Shown here: positions 51,792 to 61,223 of the stretch, in pieces
Numbering within the stretch: position 1 is the stretch's first letter
How the letters are laid out: every line of letters begins with the position of its first letter
NCBI GenBank assembly: GCA_037305845.1
Contig: CP147778.1
Span: forward strand, 1,312,001-1,376,000
Direction of reading: 5' to 3'
Origin: Candidatus Freyarchaeum deiterrae
GTDB taxonomy: Archaea > Asgardarchaeota > Jordiarchaeia > Jordiarchaeales > Jordiarchaeaceae
DNA length: 64,000 nucleotides
The notes under the pieces: model-generated
The model's database searches: none
Seen by the model: only the letters and a program-made list of their open reading frames with translations
Told to the model about the DNA's origin: nothing
Program-made: the position numbers and the translations under genes

Positions 51792-51983
51792 AAGATAACC
51801 TCAAGAGTTAGTATTGACCCTTAACATTTCTTCTAGTGGTTTAAAAAAATTTGCAATAGCATCATTAAAAGTAAAACCTAAAACAAAAAAAAGAATCTTC
51901 ACACCCTTACCTAAAAAGGTGCATAAAGATAAATTAATTGTATTAAACAAGCTTAATTTTTAATTCTCGGTAATGTTAGTGCT

Positions 51984-52322
51984 CTAGCACATGCCTGCGT
52001 CTTCAAGGCGTTTAACTACTTGATCATATTTTGCTTTGCTGTTTATGATGTCGTTAACCATCTCTTCGTTCATATGGGTTCCCGGCCGAACCTTAACCTC
52101 GGCATCTACCCCTAACTTGTCTTTCAGTTTCTTTTTGATTAATACGCCTATAATTGATCCCATAGGGCACATTTCTGATGTTGGCTTGAATGTTACCTGT
52201 ACTTTCTTGTCTGACACGATTGTTATATCGTTTTCATTCACCATATCCAGATCCAGTATTGATTCTGGCATTTCTGGATCTTGTACATCTTTTAATACAT
52301 CAAGAACTTGTTGCTTGTTCAA
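51984..52322 (-). CDS. DUF59 / SufT-like Fe-S cluster assembly protein
   Basis: V.DPE...SILDL.MV and PTSEMCPMG motif. Confidence 0.85.
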   Translation of the reverse strand: MNKQQVLDVLKDVQDPEMPESILDLDMVNENDITIVSDKKVQVTFKPTSEMCPMGSIIGVLIKKKLKDKLGVDAEVKVRPGTHMNEEMVNDIINSKAKYDQVVKRLEDAGMC

Positions 52323-52468
52323 CGTGTTAGTCTCCTTAAATCTCTTTTCGGGTTTTTATAATGGTTTGTTTCTTATAAAGGTTTTTGTCAGGTTGTGGAA
52401 AAATCTTCAACAAACGTGTAGAGGTTTTCCACTTATCCAAGGGTATTAAGAAACAGTATTTTTTGGAA

Positions 52469-53719
52469 TTAGGTTTCATCAAGTTTTTTCAAGACTTTTG
52501 CCATGAGGTATCTTAAGGGTATATTTGTTTCTTGTGATATTCTTTTAAGGTCTTCAAATTCTGGTTTCATGTTAATAATCTTTCCACTGTTATCTCTAGC
52601 GATTTTGATCCTCAAATCGTAGGATTTATTTCCAACGTTAATAATAGTTGTGTTAATTTCGCGTTTCAAAATCAGTCGTGGAGTGGAGGTTAAACGAACT
52701 CCTAGGCTTCCAGTTTCATCTATTAATGTTCTTGCAAGTTTTTGTGCATCCTCGGGATTTGAAATTACTTTAATAATTTGTCCGGGGCGGCCCTTCTTCG
52801 TAATAACAGGGATTATACTAACGTCTTTAGCACCCTTTTCGAAAAGCGTGTCAATGGTTTGTCCTATTATTTCCCCCGAGATGTCATCTATATTAGTTTC
52901 TAAAACTACAACCGAATCCTCAATGAGATTATAACGTTCCTCGTTTTGAAGGTGACTTTCACCTATGACTATTCTTAAAATATTCGGCAGGTTTGGGAAA
53001 TCTTTCATTCCTGCACCGAATCCTACCCCAGCGATCTTGGTGTTTGGAAGAAAGTTCGAAAATACGGCTCCCAAGCTGGAAATAATTGAAGCTCCTGTCG
53101 GTGTAGTCAGTTCAGATTCAATAGGCCCGCCTAGTACCGGAAAATTGCTCTTTTTAGCTATTTCTAATACAGCTGGAGGGGGAACAGATACAGTTCCGTG
53201 TGAAAACGTTACTAGGCCTCCCCCGAGGGCAATGGGTGTACAAAACCATTGGCAGTTTTTCATCAAGCCAAGGTCCTCGCAAGCTACCGCGGAGCCTATA
53301 GCATCTGCAAGAGTGTCGGCTGAACCAGCCTCATGCAAAAGTGCGCAATCCAAATTTTCCCCATGAACTTTGGATTCGGCTTCTACTATAGTTCTCACAA
53401 TTTTGACTGCAAAGTCTTTAGCTTCTTCCGATATTTCGAGTTCCTTCGTACAAGCAGTGACTGCATCCAGAATATCCTTTCCCGTTCTTTCTTCCTCTGT
53501 TTCATCTAGTAATATGCGAACCTCGGTTGCGGTCAACCCACACCTAGTGGTTTTGTTAATAATCAGTTCTATTCCTTTGCAGCCGCTAAGAAATTTTGGA
53601 ATAAATTCCATAGCATTAGTCACTTTATCTCGATTTGCACCCAAATCCAATAATGCCCCAAGAAACATATCTCCTGAAATTCCAGCCGCTTGGCAGTCTA
53701 AGAAAGCGATTTTGCTCAT
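52469..53719 (-). CDS. larC: Nickel-pincer cofactor nickel insertase
   Basis: GISGDMFLGAL, AE.KVHG, HEAG..D, HG..SVP.PA, ELTTPTGA, ETNIDD, KKGRPG, KPEFED. Confidence 0.93.
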   Translation of the reverse strand: MSKIAFLDCQAAGISGDMFLGALLDLGANRDKVTNAMEFIPKFLSGCKGIELIINKTTRCGLTATEVRILLDETEEERTGKDILDAVTACTKELEISEEAKDFAVKIVRTIVEAESKVHGENLDCALLHEAGSADTLADAIGSAVACEDLGLMKNCQWFCTPIALGGGLVTFSHGTVSVPPPAVLEIAKKSNFPVLGGPIESELTTPTGASIISSLGAVFSNFLPNTKIAGVGFGAGMKDFPNLPNILRIVIGESHLQNEERYNLIEDSVVVLETNIDDISGEIIGQTIDTLFEKGAKDVSIIPVITKKGRPGQIIKVISNPEDAQKLARTLIDETGSLGVRLTSTPRLILKREINTTIINVGNKSYDLRIKIARDNSGKIINMKPEFEDLKRISQETNIPLRYLMAKVLKKLDET

Positions 53720-53720
53720 C

Positions 53721-54530
53721 TTAGTTACTTCCTTTATTGTTTTCTGATTTCGTTCGGTATTCTGCTACTCTGTTTGCTATTAAGGCTGCTGTGGCTCCTG
53801 CACCAAACCCGTTGTCAATATTTACCACGCAAAGTCCCGCTGCACATGATTGCAACATAGTAATGAGCGCGCCGAGCCCTTTTCCTCCAAATCCATAACC
53901 AGTGCTTGTTGGAACTCCTATGACTGGAACGTTAACCAGGCTAGCGACTATTGAAGGGAGTGTCCCTTCCATACCCGCGGCTACAACTATGCAGTCAACT
54001 TCCGCCTCTATCATTTTACCTAAGGGAGGAAAAACTCTATGTAATCCCGCAATACCAACATCGTAGGAAGTAAAAATCTCGCAACCCATCGATTCAGCAA
54101 TTATTTTTGCCTCATCAGCTACCGGGATGTCCGAAGTGCCTGCGGTTATGATTCCCACTTTTCCACCAGTTTTTTTGAAAAGTTCTTCTTGATGACTTAC
54201 TCTAATAGTTCCAGATTTTTCAAATATTTCGAGTTTAAAAATCTCAGGAACTTGCTTTTTTAGAAGTGTAATTTGTTCCTCACTCGCTCGAGTAATTAAA
54301 ACGTACGTTTTTTGTGAAATTACGTTATTGACAATCTTAACTAGGTCTTCGGGTCTCTTCCCTCTCCCATAAATTACTTCGGGGACCCCTTTCCGTAGCT
54401 CACGACCTATGTCAAATTTCACCAAGTCATCAATTTCTAAAACGCAATTAGTTCTCAGTAAATTCTCCGCCTCTTCGATAGAAATTTCTCCAGAGTAAAA
54501 TTTCTCTAGAATATTTCGTAGCTGACTCAT
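53721..54530 (-). CDS. larB: NaAD carboxylase/hydrolase
   Basis: R.GVPEVI, AGTSDIPVA.EA, DVGIAGLHR, AGMEG.LPS, PTSTGYG, VVNIDNGFGA. Confidence 0.95.
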   Translation of the reverse strand: MSQLRNILEKFYSGEISIEEAENLLRTNCVLEIDDLVKFDIGRELRKGVPEVIYGRGKRPEDLVKIVNNVISQKTYVLITRASEEQITLLKKQVPEIFKLEIFEKSGTIRVSHQEELFKKTGGKVGIITAGTSDIPVADEAKIIAESMGCEIFTSYDVGIAGLHRVFPPLGKMIEAEVDCIVVAAGMEGTLPSIVASLVNVPVIGVPTSTGYGFGGKGLGALITMLQSCAAGLCVVNIDNGFGAGATAALIANRVAEYRTKSENNKGSN

Positions 54531-54574
54531 TTCGGTTCAATCCTTATCTAACTATTATTCGAGTCATTTGGAAA

Positions 54575-55417
54575 TTAAGTTTGGAGAGTAATCTTCTCTT
54601 TTAAAACCTCGTCCATAGCTCCTGTCCGATACCCCTCTAGGTCTAAGGTGCAATACTTGAATCCCAATTCCTTCAACTTTTCTGCTATCCTATCCAGAAT
54701 CACTGTTGAGAATAGCTTTTCTCGTTCATCTTTTCCGACTTCGACTCTTGCCATATCTCCATGACTTCTAACCCTGAGTATCTTTACACCGATTAATTGT
54801 TTGATGAATTTCTCAGCCTCAGCGATGCGGTGGAGCTTCTCCTCAGTGATAGTTTCGCCATAAGGTATTCTTGAGGATAAACAGGCCATAGAAGGCTGAT
54901 TGTAAACACTCAATCCTCTTTCTTGAGCAATAAGCCTTATTTCTTCTTTGGTAATCCCTGCCATCAGATAGGGAGACAAGATTCCCTCTTCTCTCAGAGC
55001 CAAAGCTCCCGGACGGTGGCCGACTATTTCAGAAGCATTAGTTCCCTCAACGATCAATTCGAAGCCTTTCTCCTCAGCAATTTTTTTCAAATTTCTTGAC
55101 AACTCCTTTTTACAATAATAGCATCTATTATCTGGATTCGCCACAAATCGAGGATTGCTCAACCTGTCAATCAAAATTACTTTGTGATCTACTCCAAGCT
55201 CTCTGGCTACTTTTTTTGCCCTCTCCACTTCTTCTGAAGGGATAATCTGTGAGCTTACGGTTATTGCTAAAACTTTTTTAGCTACATCTTTAGCCAAGCT
55301 TACCATGAGGCTGCTATCAACTCCGCCAGAGAACGCTACAAGCACGCTTTTGCCTCTGAGGGCATTATGGACGCTATCTATTTTTGATTGTATTTCGTGG
55401 TTACCCAATTTCCGCAA
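54575..55417 (-). CDS. larE: ATP-dependent sulfur transferase LarE
   Basis: AFSGGVDS PP-loop, RCYYCK, HRPG, ACLSSRIPYG, GYRTG.M. Confidence 0.93.
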   Translation of the reverse strand: MRKLGNHEIQSKIDSVHNALRGKSVLVAFSGGVDSSLMVSLAKDVAKKVLAITVSSQIIPSEEVERAKKVARELGVDHKVILIDRLSNPRFVANPDNRCYYCKKELSRNLKKIAEEKGFELIVEGTNASEIVGHRPGALALREEGILSPYLMAGITKEEIRLIAQERGLSVYNQPSMACLSSRIPYGETITEEKLHRIAEAEKFIKQLIGVKILRVRSHGDMARVEVGKDEREKLFSTVILDRIAEKLKELGFKYCTLDLEGYRTGAMDEVLKEKITLQT

Positions 55418-55803
55418 CCCTTTTGCAATTCAGTTTCAGATAAATCTTCGTTAAATGACTACCAATTTAGTAATATTTAATGATTTTGCGATATTTGTCG
55501 AAGTATCATAAACTCTATTTTGATTATACGCCCCTAAACCTCTGATGAAGAAGCTTTTACAGCGGAAAGGGACTTCCCTTCAGTGATATTTTCCTGATTT
55601 TTCTGAAAATTGCTAGTACTGCAAAAGCGCTCTGTAATAGAGGTTAATACTTAAGAAAAGGGGAATAATCTGGTACCGTTTCACAGAAAAAGAGTTTTAA
55701 ATGGATAAAGCTTTTAATCAAGCGGATAAATCTGTATTCCCAAAAACTCATAATTCTTGAGTAAGTATCGGTTTTATTTGAGTTATTAGACTTTCTCGAG
55801 GAG

Positions 55804-56745
55804 ATGTTTATGAAAAAGCGGGTGTTAATAGCTGATGACGTCCATCCCGACGCTGTGACAACGATGAGAGATGCTGGTCTGGATGTGGTTGTGAATGATA
55901 AAATTTCACACGAGGAGCTTAAAGCTCAAATACCCGAATTCGACGCACTTGTTGTTCGTAGTAGAACCAAAGTGAGCCAAGATATTATCGATGCGGGAAA
56001 GAAACTAACTCTTATTGCCCGTAGCGGTGTAGGCTTGGATAACATTGATGTGAAAGCAGCGGAAAAGAGAGGAATCAAAGTTGTTAATTCACCAGAAGCA
56101 GCCAGCGTATCCGTGGCGGAGTTAACAATAGGCGTTATTATATCTCTAATGAGAAATATTCACACAGCCGACAAATCTATGAAGGAAGGAAAGTGGCTCA
56201 AAAAGGAATTAGAGGGGCAGGAGCTTAGAGGAAAAAAACTGGGTATAATAGGCTTTGGAAGAATAGGACAAGAGGTCGCTCGACGAGCCGCTGCATTCCA
56301 GATGATAATTTTAGCCTACGACGTTTTAAGGGAAAGAAAAAAGGACGCCGAGAAGTTGGGAATTAATTTTGTTGGGACTGGAAGAGAGGCTTTGGAAAAA
56401 CTACTGAAAGAGTCCGATATAATAACACTGCATGTTCCTCATTCACCTGGCACGGCGTACATGATTGGTGCCAAAGAAATATCCTTAATTAAAAATAAGG
56501 CTTATGTTCTGAACATCGCGCGTGGAGGACTAATAGACGAAAAGGCTCTCTATGAAGCGCTGAAAAGTGGCAAAATCGCAGGAGCAGCGCTTGATTGTTT
56601 CGAACAGGAACCGCCTAGTAATATTTCTTTCGAGGATTTACCAAATGTACTTTGTACACCGCACATAGGTTCCTCAACTCAGGAAGCCTTAATAGCAAAC
56701 AGTACAATAATAGCCCAAAAAGTTATCGACTTCTTTAAAAAGTGA
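55804..56745 (+). CDS. serA: D-3-phosphoglycerate dehydrogenase-like D-2-hydroxyacid dehydrogenase (short form, no ACT domain)
   Basis: VRSRTKV, RSGVGLDNID, GFGRIG, N.ARGG, EPP, TPHIGSST.EA. Confidence 0.75.
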   Translation: MFMKKRVLIADDVHPDAVTTMRDAGLDVVVNDKISHEELKAQIPEFDALVVRSRTKVSQDIIDAGKKLTLIARSGVGLDNIDVKAAEKRGIKVVNSPEAASVSVAELTIGVIISLMRNIHTADKSMKEGKWLKKELEGQELRGKKLGIIGFGRIGQEVARRAAAFQMIILAYDVLRERKKDAEKLGINFVGTGREALEKLLKESDIITLHVPHSPGTAYMIGAKEISLIKNKAYVLNIARGGLIDEKALYEALKSGKIAGAALDCFEQEPPSNISFEDLPNVLCTPHIGSSTQEALIANSTIIAQKVIDFFKK

Positions 56746-56793
56746 ATACAAAAAATTAATTAGTAACCGTTTCTTCATCATCGATTATAATTC

Positions 56794-56861
56794 GCTATAG
56801 TGTTGAGCTTACCCGTTGGAATGTTGCCTTACGGCTGAACCATAAATAGGGAGGCTATAGT
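56794..56861 (+). promoter_or_regulatory. Structured rpl15e 5' leader, eL15 leader-like
   Basis: GCTATAG/CTATAGT closing stem around CTTACCCGTTGGAATGTTGCC-TTAC-GGCTGAACC and the GGGAGG RBS. It resembles archaeal eL15 leaders as I remember them. Confidence 0.5.
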
Positions 56862-56863
56862 TA

Positions 56864-57448
56864 ATGGTTAAGAGTATGTATCGTTATATATCTGAAACTT
56901 GGAGAGAATCTGATAAAGACGAAATGCGAGTTATGTGGCGTGAAAGACTCGTGCAGTGGCGCAAACAACCAGCTTCTACACGTGTAGAACATCCTACGCG
57001 TTTAGACCGCGCACGAAGCTTAGGCTATAAAGCCAAGCAAGGTTATGTCGTTGTAAGAACGCGTGTAAGACGCGGTGCTATGCGTAGAACGCGACCCAAG
57101 TCTGGTAGAAAACCCCGAAAAATGGGGTTTACTAGATTAACTCCTATCAAGAATTTGCAGTGGATCGCGGAGGAACGCGCCGCTAGAAAATTCCCTAACC
57201 TTGAGGTTTTGAACTCGTACTACGTCGCAGAGGATGGAATGTTGAAATGGTTTGAGATTATAATGGTTGATCCAAATCATCCCGCCATCAAGAATGACTC
57301 GAACATAAACTGGATTTGTAATAAGTCTAATCGGAGACGTGTTTTCCGGGGCTTAACCTCAAGTGGGAAGAAGGCAAGAGGCCTCCGCCATAAGGGAATA
57401 GGCGCGGAGAAAATTCGGCCAAGTGTTAATAAGGGAAGAAATAGGTAA
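56864..57448 (+). CDS. rpl15e: 50S ribosomal protein eL15
   Basis: [47 protein letters not shown]. Confidence 0.98.
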   Translation: MVKSMYRYISETWRESDKDEMRVMWRERLVQWRKQPASTRVEHPTRLDRARSLGYKAKQGYVVVRTRVRRGAMRRTRPKSGRKPRKMGFTRLTPIKNLQWIAEERAARKFPNLEVLNSYYVAEDGMLKWFEIIMVDPNHPAIKNDSNINWICNKSNRRRVFRGLTSSGKKARGLRHKGIGAEKIRPSVNKGRNR

Positions 57449-57475
57449 GAAACCCTTTTTAAGGAGGGCCAGTGT

Positions 57476-57928
57476 TTGTCTTCGGCCCGTGTGATTTGGA
57501 CAGATCTGGAAACCTTTGCTCATGCAACAGAGGATCCAGAAAAAGTGCTTAAAGCACTCTCCCTTCTTTTACCAGAAGTTTTAGAAAAGCAAGTCAATAA
57601 AGAAACTGTTCTTGGGCATTATCACAACGAGATAATTATCTACAAGGTTAAGATAACTAATAAAAAAGGCATACAGAATTTTTTGTGTTTACTCTCGGAG
57701 AGGATCGATGAAAAGGATAAGAAACAGCTTTTCGACCTATTTGACAAGCGACTTGACGATTCTGGAATACTTTATCTTCGCTTCGACAAGCAGGAAGCGT
57801 TTAAAGGAATCCTCAAAATGAGTGAAGGTGAAGACGTTATCCGGGTTCGAATCAAGTTCTCTTCTTATCCACTTAGCAGAGAGCTTATTCAAGAAAGTTG
57901 TTTGAGTTATGGACTGATGAAAAAATGA
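57476..57928 (+). CDS. Predicted RNA-binding protein of the exosome/RNase P superoperon (COG1325-like)
   Basis: HATED.EKV, GHYHN.I, LYLRFDKQ, and conserved position after rpl15e. Confidence 0.88.
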   Translation: MSSARVIWTDLETFAHATEDPEKVLKALSLLLPEVLEKQVNKETVLGHYHNEIIIYKVKITNKKGIQNFLCLLSERIDEKDKKQLFDLFDKRLDDSGILYLRFDKQEAFKGILKMSEGEDVIRVRIKFSSYPLSRELIQESCLSYGLMKK

Positions 57929-58602
57929 CAGTTTATTTAGATTTTAACGTTAGTTCAAATCAAGGTGAAGGCGAGTCGCCTCCTGAAGAGATGGCAACAA
58001 TTTCGCGAATTTTGGGCTTTTCAGGACTAGGATTCGCAGACTTCTCTCAGACACAAACAGGAAACTACCAAAAAATCAAAGAAAAGCTTTCCAATCTACC
58101 TTTGAAAGCCTATTCTCGTGTAAATTTAAATTTTGATAGCGTAACGAAGAATAACAAAATATTAAATCGGATGAGAAAATCAGTCGACATAATAGCGGTG
58201 GCATGTTTGAATAGAAGGATAGCGGTTTGGGCGGCGAGAAATACGGATGTGGATTTATTATATTTCCCAGAAATTAAGATGTACAAACAGGTCGACAAGT
58301 CACTTGTTGGCCTAATATACGGTAGCGAAAATGCGGTTGAGATTTCCATAAGACCTATATTGTTAACCAAGGGCCTCACAAGGGCTAATACTCTCGGCAT
58401 ACTTAGAAAGACAGCGGAAACCATTCAGAAAGAACGTACTGCGCTAGTTTTAACAAGTGATGCGCATAATAAATTTGAGTTAAGATCGCCCAGAGGTCTG
58501 GCTGCCTTGGGAACTTTGTTGGAAATACCTTATGAGAAGGCTATTGAGGCAGTATCTAAAAGTCCATTAAAAATTCTGGAGCGTAGATCAAATTCAAACT
58601 AA
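57925..58602 (+). CDS. rnp3: Ribonuclease P protein component 3 (Rpp30)
   Basis: VDLL, VEI, SDA...ELRSPR motif and conserved synteny; start at ATG 57925. Confidence 0.85.
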   Translation: MTVYLDFNVSSNQGEGESPPEEMATISRILGFSGLGFADFSQTQTGNYQKIKEKLSNLPLKAYSRVNLNFDSVTKNNKILNRMRKSVDIIAVACLNRRIAVWAARNTDVDLLYFPEIKMYKQVDKSLVGLIYGSENAVEISIRPILLTKGLTRANTLGILRKTAETIQKERTALVLTSDAHNKFELRSPRGLAALGTLLEIPYEKAIEAVSKSPLKILERRSNSN

Positions 58603-58638
58603 AAAAGAAAAGTAAATACGGTTAAAGGGGAGCTGCTT

Positions 58639-58986
58639 TTGAAGTTATACAGAAACCGTTACATAGCTTTCAAGATTTTTAGTGAAGCGATTTTCTCATC
58701 AGATGATATTGTTCACTGTGTTTGGAGGACGCTTCTCAGCCTTTTCGGAGAAGTTGGGGGAAGCAGAACAAATTTCTGGTTAATAGATTACTCTGAAAAC
58801 GGATACGGAATTTTGCGTTGTACACATACCAGCGTTGATATGATGAAATCCGTACTTGCAACGGTAATCGATTTAAAGGGATTTTCTCTAATAATAGACG
58901 TTTTAGGTGTTTCTGGAACAATTAAGGGTGTCAGAAGATTTTTCCAAGAAACAGAAAATCCAAACAGAGAAATTAATAAGAACTGA
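58639..58986 (+). CDS. rnp2: Ribonuclease P protein component 2 (Pop5/Rpp14)
   Basis: RNRYIAF, LFGEVG, GILRC, LGVSGTIK. Confidence 0.9.
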   Translation: MKLYRNRYIAFKIFSEAIFSSDDIVHCVWRTLLSLFGEVGGSRTNFWLIDYSENGYGILRCTHTSVDMMKSVLATVIDLKGFSLIIDVLGVSGTIKGVRRFFQETENPNREINKN

Positions 58987-59002
58987 AAAGCAGTTCTATC
59001 TT

Positions 59003-59064
59003 TGGGAATGATGTTACCGTCCCAGACGGATATAAGATGAAGAACCCGTGACAATACTGACCCA
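59003..59064 (+). ncRNA. Box C/D sRNA, predicted guide for 23S rRNA Gm2251
   Basis: TGGG/CCCA terminal stem; C box ATGATGT 59008-59014; guide TACCGTCCCAGA; D' CGGA 59027-59030; C' ATGAAGA 59037-59043; guide ACCCGTGACAATA; D CTGA 59057-59060. Confidence 0.8.
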
Positions 59065-59086
59065 CTAATAAATAGTTACAGGGGAG

Positions 59087-59764
59087 ATGAGACTGAGTAT
59101 GTACGAAAAGAGAGAAGACTTAGCTGCATCTCAAAAGGAGGCTTTTAGCAAGCTTGAGAGAAAGGTATTGGAACAGGGAGAAGTTCTGCGTCAGCAGAGT
59201 ATTCGAATCAATGAGCTTGAAAGCCTTGTTAAACAGCGGGAGAATGAATTAGCTCATTTGAAAAAAAGCTATGACTTAGAGATACAAGGACTTGGCGATA
59301 CCACAGCCAAGCTTCAGAGACAGTCTGATGACCAAACCAGTAAAATAAAGAATGCGGAGAACAAAATCAGAGAAGACACGGATAGCCATAGATACAGGGA
59401 AGAGGACTCACAGTTAATGATACGTGGTCTTGAGAAAAAGGTCAACGATTTGGAAAACGAAGCTAAGAAAAAGGAGGAAAACCTAAAAGCATTAAATCAG
59501 GAATTGGAAATCAGCGGGGCGAAATGTACCGATCTTGAAAAAAGACTCCAGGATAAGGAGGCAAAAATGGCTTCGATAGAATCCATGATTATGGAGGATG
59601 TTAATTACAAGCCTTATTTCATAGTAAAAAAGTTAGGTTCCATGAGCATTCAGGATATTAAGAAAACACTAGGACTCCAAGAAGGAGTAGTAAGACATGT
59701 CATACTTGAACTTGCGAAAAAGGGATTACTCAGAGTGGATGGCGAACAAGTCCACTTAGCGTAA
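59087..59764 (+). CDS. Coiled-coil protein with C-terminal winged-helix domain
   Basis: Long heptad E/K/Q/L region followed by SMSIQDIKKTLG...ELAKKGLLRVDGEQV. Confidence 0.65.
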   Translation: MRLSMYEKREDLAASQKEAFSKLERKVLEQGEVLRQQSIRINELESLVKQRENELAHLKKSYDLEIQGLGDTTAKLQRQSDDQTSKIKNAENKIREDTDSHRYREEDSQLMIRGLEKKVNDLENEAKKKEENLKALNQELEISGAKCTDLEKRLQDKEAKMASIESMIMEDVNYKPYFIVKKLGSMSIQDIKKTLGLQEGVVRHVILELAKKGLLRVDGEQVHLA

Positions 59765-59831
59765 ATCTATAATAAGCCAAGCATAAGAAAGAATTAGAAT
59801 AAAAATCATTTCTAATAATTTTAGAAAAAAC

Positions 59832-60287
59832 CTATTTCTTTTTAGATCCTTTGAGATTTTTTACTGCTATTTCCACTGGATTTATAGTGTTCATAAACCA
59901 TTGATAAGCGGCTATATCGGTTCTGTCTCCCAGAGTTCCCACTATAACCCAGACCACTGGGTTTATCTCCATGAATGGTTTATCTATACCAGAAGGTTTA
60001 GCAGCTGTAGGGTGAGAGTGAAAAATCCCCACCAGTTTCTTATTCTCTTCCTCAGCGTGCACTAGTATCTTATATTGCTCCTCTGGATCCATCACAAAAC
60101 GTACCGAAGACTCATCTGCTATATTTTTAGTAAACACCAATTCTTGGACTCTTGCGATACCGGCCCTTAATTGTCCCAAGATAACACCGCACGCCTCTTT
60201 CGGATATTCTTTTTTGACCTCTTCAAGCATCATTTCTACATGCTCGTTTTGTAAAACAATTTTCCGAATTCTTGGAATTGTCAGCAA
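59832..60287 (-). CDS. JAMM/MPN+ (M67) metallopeptidase
   Basis: PKEACG and FHSHP...PS..D JAMM motif. Confidence 0.9.
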   Translation of the reverse strand: MLTIPRIRKIVLQNEHVEMMLEEVKKEYPKEACGVILGQLRAGIARVQELVFTKNIADESSVRFVMDPEEQYKILVHAEEENKKLVGIFHSHPTAAKPSGIDKPFMEINPVVWVIVGTLGDRTDIAAYQWFMNTINPVEIAVKNLKGSKKK

Positions 60288-60558
60288 GACTACCCCCGAA
60301 ATTTAATTATTAAAAAATAAGTATAGAACCTATATTAGTACTTTTTCAAGGGTATAAGAACTGTGTAGCATAAAGGCAAATCTATAACGAAAGTGAAGCA
60401 TAACTAAATTTGAACATTAAAAAAGGTGGAAATTGGTAGACGGCAAGAAAGTATTGTACACATTACATTTGCTTGAAGGCAGCGGAGTCTGTCTGTATCA
60501 ACCTGTAAAATTGCCCTTTACAAATAAACTACAGCATATTGGTTCTTTGAGTCTAGAC

Positions 60559-60993
60559 CTATTCAGAGCCCGCGGTGGAAATAAGATCATCTATTATTTT
60601 TTTGAGAAGCTCTTCACTCTGAACTCCGACTAATTTCGAGCATTCCATTGAGAGTTCATCCGTTTCTTCTTCAGATGCTTCTCCGGTTTTTTCTCCCGAT
60701 TCCTCGTCAAAAACTACCCGTTTTCCTTTAACGAAAAAGACTAGTGAAGGAACTGCATATACATTAAATGTCCGAGCAATATTTGGGTTTTCGTCGACAT
60801 CCACCTTCGCTACTGCAATCTTATCCCCGTATTCAGCTTCTATACCCTCCAAGATCTTTCCTTGCATTTTACAGGGGCCGCACCATGTTGCTGAGAAGTC
60901 TACAAGTACTACGCTATTCGATGATACAAAATCTGAAAATTTTTCTTCTTTTACTTCTACTACCACATTAAATTCCTTCTTTATAATGGTCAT
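60559..60993 (-). CDS. Thioredoxin with an acidic insertion
   Basis: DFSATWCGPCK, KVDVDENP, VP.L.FF; start probably ATG 60993. Confidence 0.88.
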   Translation of the reverse strand: MTIIKKEFNVVVEVKEEKFSDFVSSNSVVLVDFSATWCGPCKMQGKILEGIEAEYGDKIAVAKVDVDENPNIARTFNVYAVPSLVFFVKGKRVVFDEESGEKTGEASEEETDELSMECSKLVGVQSEELLKKIIDDLISTAGSE

Positions 60994-61223
60994 TAATTCT
61001 AAATAGTTAGAAATAAGCTGTACTATTTTTATCTTTTGTATGAGTATGATTTGGATCAAGATATTCGTTATATTTTTTAATAAAGTTTAGATACATATTT
61101 TAATTTTTTTAATGATTCCCTTAGGTACCGCCAATTCGAGAGTTTAGCGGGAAAAATTATATAGGTTTATTCATCCTTATTTTTGCTGCCGAAAATTTCG
61201 TTGACAAAAAGCCGGGAGAACCA

